Below are positions 12,044 through 24,000 of a DNA stretch of 64,000 nucleotides, one piece after another (positions within the stretch are counted from its first letter, which is position 1; each line of letters starts with the position of its first letter). The notes under the pieces were generated by a model. The model was not told the DNA's origin. It made no database searches and saw only the letters and a list, made by a program, of their open reading frames with translations. Origin of the DNA: Euglena gracilis (lineage: Eukaryota); assembly GCA_039621445.1 (NCBI GenBank), contig CP154954.1, positions 27,454,123-27,518,122 of the forward strand, read 5' to 3'. Made by a program: the position numbers and the translations under genes.

Positions 12044-15000
12044 CGCCTTGGGGATGCCAGTGGACCCAGAGGTGAATGCCACCATGGCGGTGTCCAGCGG
12101 GGCGATGGTCACTGCAGGCAAGGTGGTGGGGACCCCCTGCAGCAACTGCGCCAGCCCGGCGGCGTTCGGCTCGTCGATGCTGTGCCACGCCTTCAGCTGC
12201 AGCCCTGGGGGGAAAGCAGGAGTTCCCCTCCAAAGCAAACTCTGGCGGAAAAAACACCCAATGTATTGCAGCGTCTGCTCCCTTATTTTCCTTTGAGCGT
12301 ATCGTGTTCAATTCTCTGAAAAGAAAATGAAACCCGGATTTCGAACCATGGCCACCCACAAAGAGCTTTGGGCTGCAAAGGGGATACCTTGGAGGAAGTT
12401 GCGCAGGTCCTCCGGTGGTGCCCCTGCAGCTGCAATCTGCAGCCATCCCTTGGGCTGAGCGATCTGCATGCACAGCATGATGCGGTCGGAGGGGTATGCC
12501 GGGTCCATCATTGAATACGCCGCCCCGGCATCAGGAATGGCTGGCAGTGGCTGCCCCCCCACAAAGCCAGACTTGCAGCGTCTCTGCCCAAGGCTTCTTT
12601 TGTTGTTGAAAATCTAAGAGGAGGGCTGCCTCTTGTGTCACACCCCCCATTCAAAATGCCTTGCATTTTTGGGCACTTTTGGGCAAGGCAAACGTTCTCA
12701 CGGCAATTACTTGGGTTGGGGGCGGAGGCAATCGGAGGTCGGCCGGACCCCTTCCCCCTGCCCTCCAGCGATCCCCGGACGGCCTTCAGCACCGCCAGGA
12801 TGCAGAGCACCACCGCCGGGGACCGGTGGCCGTAGAGGCCGATCACGTCGTGCTGGGCGATGCCGTCCTGGCGGAGCCGGTTGGCCAGCTGGGAGGACTG
12901 GTGGTCTCCCTCATCCGCAACTGCTTCGCGTTGGAGCGGGGGCACTTGGGAAACCAATCTGTAACCTGCACCCAATCCTGGACGGGGCGAGGATCAGGTT
13001 CAAAACAACAATAATTGAGACCAGATTTCCCTTGATCGCAAGGGTGACATCAAAATGGACCAAAATGCTTCAAAACCACACAATTTTTGGTGAAATTAAC
13101 AAAGAAAAATGCACAGAATCACCAATTTTGATCATTTTTTATCACCCTGTTGGGCAAGTATGTCCCCACTTATTTGCTGGGGAATTTCGAAGGTTTTTTA
13201 AATTAAAAAAAAACGTCTTCTTTTTTTAAAAAAACACCAGCTACGCCGGGTCGAATGCTGCACACGCACCAAGAGGGTGTTGTCGCTATCTGACCAAGGA
13301 CAAACTGGAGGATGGGTTTTAAACACAGGACGGAGTCCCGGGGGGGGGGGGGGGGGGGGGGTGCTCGCAGGGCTAGCTAGTGAAAAATATGCAGTACCCA
13401 CTTGCCTAAAATGCCCTTTCTTGGCAAAAAAAAATCAGCCAAAAAACACCCGGCACAAGATGGCCAATTTCAGCAAGGCTGCAAAAAGGGTTCAGAAATG
13501 TGTCCCTGTCCAAAGTGTCCCTGTAAAGTGTCCGTGTCACCAAAGTGTCCGTGTAAAGGGTCCCTGTAACCAAAGTGTCCCTGTAAAGTGTCCCTGTAAC
13601 CAAAGTGTCCCTATAAAGTGTTTGTGTCACCAAAGTGTCCCTGTAAAGTGTCCCTGTAACCAACGTGTCACTGTAAAGTGTCCCTGTAACCAAAGTGTCC
13701 CTGTAAAGTGTCCCTGTAACCGACGTGTCCCTGTAAAGTGTCCGTCAAACCTCAAAAAAAAAAAAACGTCCATTTGAAAATTTTTAAAATTTGCCAAAGA
13801 AGAAAAGTCATGATGCATCCCACCATGGACTTTGGTGTCGAAGGCAAATGGCTCCTTTGAGGGGGTAAACCAAGACTTTTGCCACTTTGAGGGATACTTT
13901 CATGGTGCATTTCCACCGGGTATCATCTCATTTGCAACAGCTGTGCTCTGAAGAGCTGTGGTGTTGAACCCCCCCCCCATTTAAACTGACCCCCCTTCTA
14001 AACCGACCTACCCTTCCAAACCGACCCATTGCAGAATTTCAACCAAAAAAAAATAAACCGACCCATGGCAAGTTGGATGACAAACATGCACAACATAATG
14101 GAAGCCACCAACGGAAAGAGCGTCCATGCTCATTGAATAATTAGTATTGATGACCCAAAATTAGGATTTTACCCCCAAAATTAGGCATTTGCTTCCAAAT
14201 TTTGGAGTTACACCCAAAAATTACAAAATTAGGCATTTGCTATTTAAATTTGAAATTTGCACCTAAAATTCGGCAGTTTGCCACCAAAAATTGGATATTA
14301 CACCCAAACTTCAGCATTTGCCCCCGAAAATTAAGAATATGCATCCCAAATTAGGCATTTGTCATTCAAAATTAGGAATTGGCCAAATTGGGCTTTTGCC
14401 CATTGAAATTGCCTTGCTAACATCAACCTGCTTCCGTCACGCCGTCGGCCAGCCGTGTGCTCCCCCTGAAACCGACCCCCTGTCTAAACCGACCCCCTCC
14501 GGGATTTCCGCCAACCCAAAAGTCCTAAACCGACGGGTCGGTTTAAATGGGGGGGGTTGCACCAGTTTTTTCAGAGATTGCACATCTCTTGATTTGTTAG
14601 ATTCAGAGAGCTTTTGCAAAACGTCCCAATAATTCTGAAAGTAAGTGCGAAAGTCTCCGCAACGGAATCTCAAAAAAATTCCCACCAGCCTCAAAGATTT
14701 TGGCAAAAGGCCAGAATTATTGGGAACGTGGTCAACAATTTTGGCAGGAAATCCCAAAAAAATTGTGAGTGTCAGGTGTGATGAAAATTCCTTTCATGTC
14801 GTCCAGTCAGGGGTTGCTTGTATTCTGGTGGTTGCTCATATTTGGGTGTTGGCGAAAATCGGCGAAAGGGTTGCTTATAGTTGGGGGATGTTTGCAGAGG
14901 GCGGTTGCTTTTATTTATGGGGGGGTGGCCAGTCAAGGAGGAGGACGTGGCCAATGTGGTTAATTTTCGTCCGGTGTACAGCGCCGGGCTGGAAAAAAAG

Positions 15001-18000
15001 CCCTCAGAAATTCGCCAAAATGCCATTTGGGGTATTTTTGGGGGTCTAACTATTTGTATTTGTTTGTCTTATTTGAACCACAATAAATGATGATGATGAG
15101 CACGTGCTCAATGCGCCTCAATCACACGCTTTTACTTACCTCTCAGTCCAGAGAAGATGCATTGCACTCTGAAAATGACATTCTTGAGAATTATCACCAT
15201 GCTGGCGATCCGCGCATTCCTGTTATTTTTCTGATTCACACATCCGAGATCATTCATATGTTCTGAGAAATGACATATAGCTAACACTCACTATATTTTG
15301 CCCGGTCTCTCCTTTTTTCTGCCTCCCGTCCCAAAATATTTTGCACACTCGTTTCAAAATTTTTGCCCCCCGTCCAAAAAACGCTGCCCCCTGTCCATTC
15401 TATTTTGCCCAAAAAACCTCGAATTTTTGCCTCTGCCCTCCAAATTTTTGCCACCTCCAAAAACAGTCTCCCGCCATTTTCAGTTGAAATGTCTGCACAG
15501 AATGTTCCACAATGTTCCACAGAATGTTCCACCCCTACACACTCACATTGCACATTGTGACATTTTAAACACCATTTTTGCATGTCGAAAAAGAAAAAAA
15601 GAATTTCAATTTTGATGCATTTCTGAATGGTGTGGTGTTGTTCAATTGTGCCCAAATCTGTTTTCACCCAATGAGCTCACAGACCACAGCCTTTTTCTGT
15701 TTGTGTTTGGATTGCTTGACTTGGTCAGACGGTCCATGGATCCATGATGCATTAGAACGGAGACAAGGCACAGGGGGGGGAGGGGGGGTCCGAGGGGTGG
15801 GTTGGAAGTTGTACAGGGGGGGGGGGGGGGGGGCAGAAAATCACAACTGTACTGCCTACTCCCGAGACAGTTGCGACATTTTTCGTCCAATTGAGGTTGC
15901 CTTTGTTGTACAAGCATTTTGTGCAGTTCAGAGTTCAGATTGCATCTTGCGGGAAGATGACCAATGCTGTTGCATTTGTGATTGATCCGTGACCCGAGAA
16001 TCGCGCCTTCAAGTTTCATACAAAGCAGCAACCTTCATCACTTTAGCATTTCGTTTCTTTTCATCATTTCAGTCTGCTTTTTGATGTTGCGGTTTTGGTT
16101 GCTTTTCATAAATTTTCCGGTTGAAACCATTGAAAATTTTCCTTGACATGTCAAAAACTCCCCTCCTTCCATTTGGACAACCAAACCCCTTTTTGGCACC
16201 TTCATACCCAAAAATGGCCAAAAAACTTGTCCCCTAAAAATAGTGCCGAAAATTGGTGCATTTCCACATCCAAAACAGAATTTTTTGGGCCATTTTTTCA
16301 AAAATGGCCCAAAATGCATCCCAAAAAATGTGATGGTCAAGAAAATCCTAACAAAATTCCCTTTCAAAAATGAAAAAAATGACCAATTTCGGACATAAAA
16401 AACACCCAAAAATGCCCACTTTCGGACCAAAAAGCTTTTTTTGTTTAAAAATGGCCTAAAAATGGACAAAAATAGCCACGTTTTTGACCGGAAAGTCACC
16501 GATTTTAGGATGCGTGCCGCCCTTCTCGTGATGGGATGCACATCATGGATGCAGCCTCCCGATCCAACGTGGCATACTTCCAGCGTGACCCCCCCGTGAC
16601 CCCCCCCCCGTGACCCGCACCACCCCCAAAATTTCACAGAATGCTGAATGATAGTCAATGTTTTCATTTTAAGCACTCAATTTTTTTCATCTGTCTTGGG
16701 GGGGTTGGAAGTGGGGGGAGGGGGGTCCCAGGAGGGGGGGTTGGAACTGTACAGGAGGGGGGGGGAGGGGGGGTCCCAAGGTTTGACCAACCGTACTGCC
16801 TTGTCTCCAACAATATCTATCTGTGAATACAAATAGGTCAAAAAGGCAGTTTTTAAAAATAATTACAGCTGGAAGGCAGTGGGATTGGTTCTTTTGTTAC
16901 CCGTCCCTCTCATTACAAAGACTCGGAATATTTTTACTGTGCCTCTTTGTGTGGAATGACCCTCGCACATGGACCAAAAGTGCCTTCACCCCTCATTGCC
17001 AAACACGCTGTGCGTTGTGTTCACCGTTTCCCTCAACCTGCACCCCAAACTCTCTCGTGTGAATCACAACCATTACGTTGCTGTTGATTTTTACTGTTTA
17101 GGCATTCATCCGCACCTCTCATTCTTTCCCCAAACACAGTTGAAGGATTTTTTTATAGGGTATCAAACAAATTTCCTTTTGGAGAGCTGTCTGCAACATC
17201 CTGTGAAATTTCAATTGTTATTATTTGGATTGATGGTCACATTTATTTGGCGTATTTCTGTTAATCTATGCTGATTCTGTTGGACGTTTCCTTTTCACAT
17301 TAACGGGAAAAATTTTTTTACAGTTGGCAAAAGTTTCGGGTCTCAAGGGCAAAAGTGATGGGATTTGTGGCAAAAAATTTTACCCGGGTGGCAAATATTT
17401 CTTGGAACCCTGGCAAAAGTGAGGGGTCCAGGAGGCACCATATTTTGGGGCGGGGGGCAGAATTTGGAGGGGTTAGCTACAATTGCAGCAAAATAGGTAC
17501 AAATTTTCTGGTTTCTGTCAAACCGGAATTTTGTCTCTGAAAAGAAAGCATGCAAAATCACGCATTGAGTATTGGGTCACCAGCACTTTTTCTGTGAAAA
17601 ACCCTGGTGCTGGTCCATACGACCGGGGGGGGGGGGGTGATCCGGAATTGTCAAAAAAAGCAGGGTCGGGGCGGGTGGGGACACCCCATCCCTTGAAACA
17701 CAGGCACCCTGCTTATGTCGAACCTGGCTGGGCAGGCTTCTTTTCAAGCCAGCCCCCCACCAGGAACTGCCAATGCTGTACTTGAAGGACTGGTGGGGGT
17801 TGACCCCCCCACCTGGGAGGTGGGGAGGGGTCGGTCAAATTCACTGAAAAATCGGTGTCCCCGGAAATGGACCTGGTATTGGGGGGGGGGGTCAGAGTGA
17901 AGACACCCCACTGTTCCCAAACCCTTCAGCCGAAACTCCATTGCCACGGGCGGGTGTTTAGATGGGGGTTTGGAGGTGGGGATGTGGTTGGGGGTGGTCG

Positions 18001-21000
18001 ATCCCACCCGCCCACCACCCACAGGCAGGGGGAGGGAGATTCCAGTTTCCAAAAAAAAATTTCATTCGGATAGGGGTTTTATTCCACAAAATTTGGGATC
18101 TTTCCAGTTCTTCTGGTAGATTTCTGCTTGACAGGACTTAGAGAATTTTCAACTCCTTGGGGATTCTTTTTCATTTTGCAACATTGGTGGATATTTAAAT
18201 TCTGAATCGCATTTTGTGATTTTGGGAACATACCAATTCCAAAAACATGGAATTTGTTGACCAAAAACTGAAAAAAAAAGTCAAATTTTGACGAAAACTT
18301 TGGTGTCAGGAAGAAACGAGGTCCTAATGCAGATTTTATAAGTTCGAATTTTTCCCCCAACAGAAGAAAAAGAAATTCAAAAAAGGCAAAAACTGGCCGA
18401 AATTGCCAAAATTATGCCTAAATCAAGAGAAAATATGAAAAGAAATTCTAGTGGTCCAAAAAAGCCGCAGATTCACCTAGGCTTCCATTTCTTTTTTAAA
18501 ATTTCCATGCGTTGCGCTGAAAATTTTATTCTGGCCAATCCCACATATTCCTATTCCAATTTATTCTAGTTCATTCCGGTTAATTCCAGTTTATTCCATA
18601 CCGGAATATCTCCCCTGCATAGGGGGAGCACTAAAAGTACCCATTAAAAAATCCCTCAACCCCAATTTTCCACCATTTAAGACCTTTTCTTAAAAATTCA
18701 ACACAGCTGGCCCAGATTTAAGCAGTTGTATGGTCCAACTCCTCATATGTCACCGACAAGCCTTGGTAGGAGATGGCGATGCGCTGTGGAGAGCACCGTA
18801 AGGGCATGAGGCTGCCATTGTTAACCCCCCCATTTATGCCCCCCCCCCCCCCCCCCGGAAAAATCAGAAGAAATCCATTTGTACCGACCCCCCCCCATTT
18901 ATATCAATACCTACCCCCTCGCTTGCATCCGGGCCCACCAAGGGAAACCACAACAAAGCACAAAAACTCGCAATAAACAAAAAAGAGCATTCAGGCATCC
19001 CCAGCATCCACTTTTTGCCAAAATATGAACAGATTGACTGTTGTTTATTGGGGGTGATGTGAAACATGGGAGAGCATGAATGCACATCGCTTCGTCCCTG
19101 GCCCCCCATGTCAAGCACCTTAACCCATTTATTCTGACCCCCCCCAGGATCTCAATAATGTGAAAATGATACACCAACTCGTCGGTGTTAATGGGGGGGT
19201 CACATGCAATTTTGAGAAACGGTTTGGACTTGAGAGCATTTGCCCGAGGTGACGTAGCCACGAAGACAGGTCAGGGGCCACTGATTGTGTTTCCGGAGTG
19301 GTGCACTTTTTTTTTCCAGACTGGCAGGCTGGAAGTGGTCGAGGGAACCCACTGTAGCTGCCTCGAGGCCACCACCTCCTTGCCAAACATCATGCACCCC
19401 ACAACGTCGGGAACAGAACTGAAATTGTGTCTAGTTCTGAATGTTATCAATTACCGACATATCAACAAGAAATTGCATCAATTTTCTGAGGCCCTACACA
19501 CCACCAGTGCTGACGGACCTGTGGATGCTTCTCTGCATTCGCATGAAAGCAGTGTGGGATTGGCCCGGGGAACTCGGTGTCCTGAGGGGCGGTGGCATCA
19601 GGCAGCACTTGCTTCGCCTGCGCGGTGATGACGGAGTAACTGTAAATCCCCTGCTCGGGGTTTGCACTGGTCAATGCCAGGCCAGAGCTGAGAATCGTGC
19701 ACCCTGTCTCACCAGCATGATGCACATTTGGTTCACGTCCTGTCTGCTGCTGTCATTCCCACCGTTTCTGGAACACACACACACACACACACACCAGGGT
19801 TCGATATAAGGACAGGTGGGGGGGGTGGTCCGGACCCCCCCCTGCGGGCCAGGAGGGGGGGGGGGGGTGGGGGGACACCCCCCCCACCTAAACAGGTGCG
19901 CGGTCAGGGTGGCTGAATTTCGAAAATTTTTGACCCCTCAAAACGACCAAAAGTGCCATTTGGGCACTTTTTGGGCAAAAATGTGCCAAAAATGCAAAAA
20001 ATTTTCGGCGCGAAGCGCCGGAGGAAAAAATTTACCCTTTTGGGGGGGGTCCCGGGAACCCCCCCGAGGGTCGGTCCGGACCCCCCTTGCAGGTGGGGGG
20101 GGTGGTCCGGACCCCCCCCCCCTGCGGGCCAGGAGGGGGGGGGGTGGGGGGGATACCCCCCCCACCTAAACCATGTACGCCCTCCTTATATCGAACCCTG
20201 ACACACACACACAAAATACAAAACCACAAAATTTTTTTTCATTGTCCTGGATTTTTTAAGGCTTTCTGTCATAACCAAGCTCATCTGCGCATCAATTCCA
20301 AATGCGGCATGAACAAGGGTGGGTGGGTGGGGGGGTTAGACAGAAAGAGGGTGCGGGAATTGCAAATTTTCCTCGTTAGAGGCCAGAATTCAGATTTGGC
20401 ATTGGGAATGAGATCTGCGGGGGCGATACGGGGAGAGGAGAAATGCAAACACCTTTTTCCATGATTTTGGGAGTTTGGTTTTATTTTAAGCATAAAATAG
20501 TATTTTTGGCCAAAAATCCAATAATGGCCAGACAAAGAGATACAATTTTTTTTAAAATTCGGAATTGTGAGCAGAACTCAAAAAACCGCTGAAATAACAA
20601 CATGGTGGTGGAAAAAAGCTCCCCCACCACAAATTCAACAAAATGGAGAACGGCAAAAAAATGCATTAAAAAAACCAATGCAAAAGCCTGAACTGCTCCA
20701 GGAGGAGGAGGTATTGCTGCAGCAGGTCTGCAACAAACTCGGCCGTGAACAAAGCGGTCTGGTAGTGCAGGCGCAGGGTCTCTCCCACTACTTGCAGCAG
20801 CAACTCATATGGCGACTGCCCCTCCTGCAATGAACGAGAGAATGGACAGAGGAAGCACGCTGATTGTATCAAATCACTCGCGAAGCGCAGAGCAAGGCTC
20901 GACTTTAAACCATGTGGGGCTTTGGGGTAAGAGACCAACGCATACTGGGCAAACAAAGTGAGGGATGGAGCGGTCAACTCAACCCCCACAGTCTTTGTGG

Positions 21001-24000
21001 TCTTAATGTGCATGCTATGTACGGAAAACAGAATTTTTGAGCTTGGGGGAGTAAGAGACCAAGTAAGACACCAGAGAGTCACTGTTCACCTCCATCCCCC
21101 TTTGGCAAATCCAATGGCCTGGAATGAATGAAAAGCTTCTCATAAACTGCAAGAATGCACACGGAGGGGCAGGTCATCAGGGCTTCTCCATGAACGTATG
21201 GCAAAAAAAAACACACCGCGTCTAAACCACTGCCCGTTGAGGAAAACACTGCAGTAAAGAGTGGCGCTTCCTCAGCACACAATTGCTTGATTGCTCCAAA
21301 GGAAAGAGCTAGATTTCATCGGTGGAATTGCAAGTCTTGCATTGCAAGTTGAACAGGGAACCATTTTGAGATCCCAAAAATTATTCAGGACTTTGCGGTT
21401 GTTTTGTGCCAAATATAAGGGGTAACCTCAGGGTGTCCGCTCGTACCTGTCCCCCCCAGGTGGCCAGGACCTCAGGGTTCTTTTTAAGGCGCCTGAAAAC
21501 CATTTTTTAAAACACAAACTAATTTTTGTCAATGGCTTAAAACTCCTTAAAATTTTTTAAAAATCTGGGAAAATTTTTCGAAATTCGAGCCGAAAAATGA
21601 AGTCGCAAAATCTCGGCAAGAATAAGCCAGTTCCGGGGGAAGAACTGGCATCGCTGGAACATCATCCACAGACCCAAACTCGAAAAAGTGGGGGTTTCAA
21701 CATTTTTTTCTTGATTTTGGGCTTGAATCAGGTTTTGCCTTACCGTCCGGGGGGGGGGGGGGGGGTGGGTGCTATAGGGCCTGCCCTAGCAGGCACACCC
21801 CCCCCCCGGGTAGGGGTATGGGGGGGACCCAGAAAATTTTCATTGAAAAGGGCCTTTTCCGGGCCCTCGGTCGGAGGGGGTGCCTGCTATGGGCAGGTAC
21901 CCCCCAAAACCCAACCCCCCCCCCGGGGGGGGTGGATGGGGGGTATAGGGGGCCTGCCCCTAGCACCCCGCCCCGCGTGAGGTAGGACCCCGACTAAGCA
22001 CAGGCGTGGCTTGAATTCCCTCGGAAAAATAGACGCCTGAAAATTTAAAAATGCAAGAAAAATTTTGAAAATTACGCCTTACAAAAATGCTCCTGAACGC
22101 CCTCTCCCTGTTTTTCTAACAGGGAAAATGGTCAACTTTGTTCTGGGTGCTGCTCACCCCCAGGCAAGGATGTTGGGACCAACCAACCATCATTTGGTTG
22201 TTTGGAGTTGGCTGGCACTTGCGTGTCCCTGGCTCACTCCTGCCGCCGCCTCGATGTCATTCGGCGGCAGCGCTGGGTGGAGGAATGTGAGAATGAGGCG
22301 CACCGCCGGTCCCACCCAGCCCTGCCCAGGGGCAGCACCGCGTCCTTCGCCACCTCCAGGTGCGCCTTGGCCGCCGCCGCCACCGTCGCGAACGTCCGCG
22401 CCGCCGCCGTGGAACTGCTGCTGAAGTCCATGGGGAGGGGCAGCACCGCCGCGCCCACGCTGTGCAGGGCATCCCCGACGATGACCTTGTTTTCCGCCGA
22501 CAGCCGGTGGACGTGGAGGGCGAAGAGGGAGGCCAGGTGGGCTTCATCGGGGAGGCAGCCGGAGGGCAGCTTGGCCTCCACAAACCTTGATGACTGCTGG
22601 GGCAAGCCTTTGGCTTCCAGCAAACCCATTGAAACCGTGTATTGGGGCTCTGGCTTCACGCCCGAACCGGCGTTCTGGACGCCGGGTCGGTGGAGAAAGT
22701 TCTGCGCCGAACCGGTGTCCAGAACGCCGGTTCGGGCGGGAAAAACGGCGTCCTGGGGACCGAAAATGAAAAGTGCCCAAAAAACAAAAACTCGACCCCT
22801 TTTTGAGCTTGTTATTTTGTGCTTCGACTGACCCGGGAAGTTTCCTCCACTCACAGAGCCCACACCCCATGCCCCTCCATCATTCCACATATTTGGCCAC
22901 GAATTATTGCATTATCTGGCAATTTACCCCACCACCCCGGCCACCCCCCCCAACACTTACCGTCATCCTTGCCCCATCTCCAAACATGCTAAACCCCCAC
23001 ATCTTTTCCATTGCATGCAATTCCTGGCGAACTAATTCCCACGCAGCCCTCAACATGCTCCTTCATCACCATTTGGTTTTGCGCTGTCACAATTTACCTT
23101 CCCGAAAGCCCAGCCGAATCATTTCCAATTCTTACCCCCCCCCCCCCAGGCGCACCCTTTTCCACCCTATAACCCCCTTCCCCCCAAACCCCTTGCACAC
23201 CCTTTTCTCCGCTCTCCAACACCCACCCCTCCGCTCGCGTTATCCCCCAACCATCCGCCCCGCACCCCACCCCCTCCCGACCCAAACCTTATCTTATTAT
23301 ACCCCTTGGCTACTGTCTCACCCCCCAAACCCCCCCGCGCCCCCCTCCTCTAACCCCCAAAAGACCCTCCCTTACCCTCCTCCCTCCAAAATGGTTTGTA
23401 GACATGAGGCAATCATATCTGAGCACTTCTTGGTATTTGGCCAGAAATTGGGGTATTTTGTGGAACAATTTCCATTTGGCCAAATCTGGGGATTTTCTGA
23501 AATAGAATACCATGCAGCAGGGCTGAAATCTAAGGCCATCTAAAACCCTTGAGAAGGGTTATTGATCAAGGGGCAACATGGCAGGTGAACAGTGGATTTT
23601 GGAATTTGCGCAAAGGGTCCAAAAATCGTAATTCTGAAAAAACCCAAGGGGTCCAGCTAAAATTTCTTAACCATAATTCTGAAAAACCCAGGGGAGGGTC
23701 CAACCAATTTTGAAAACACCCAGGGGGGGCCAAAATTTCCCAACCGTAATTACCCCCCCCCATAATTGACACCCCCGAAACCCTCCAAACCCCCCAGGTA
23801 GTGTCAATTATGGGGGGGGTGTCACAATTATGGGGGGGGTCCGAACGGACAAGGCAAAATACAAGGGACTCCTGACAAACCCCTTGGTCCGTGGAAATAA
23901 CTCATTTTAGCGGCATGCCAGACACATGCCGGAGCTTGAAACACTCAAGGTAGACATTTGACAAAGCAAAAGCAAGGCGGAAAAGACGCGAGCGGCTGAA

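Larger units (their letters stand above)
12907..18735 (-). other. LYS2 intron 8, nonconventional (5829 nt)
   Basis: GAC-CATACAACTGCTT ... AAGCAGTTGCGGATG-AGGGA|GAC; removal gives [16 protein letters not shown] (A1 motif region). Confidence 0.8.

Noticed and set aside
1924-12975. Fragmented bacterial NRPS cluster or frameshifted pseudogene
   Set aside because: The fragments join into one stop-free frame with consistent intron signals and Lys2-specific motifs.
13498-13745. Regular repeat array or Cys-rich ORF (CRISPR-like or metallothionein-like)
   Set aside because: No unique spacers and no cas genes; it is an intronic minisatellite.
19325-19392. Hairpin inside intron 7 as an extra nonconventional intron
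   Set aside because: The flanks are not coding; exons 19672-19519 and 18783-18736 join directly by GT-AG.
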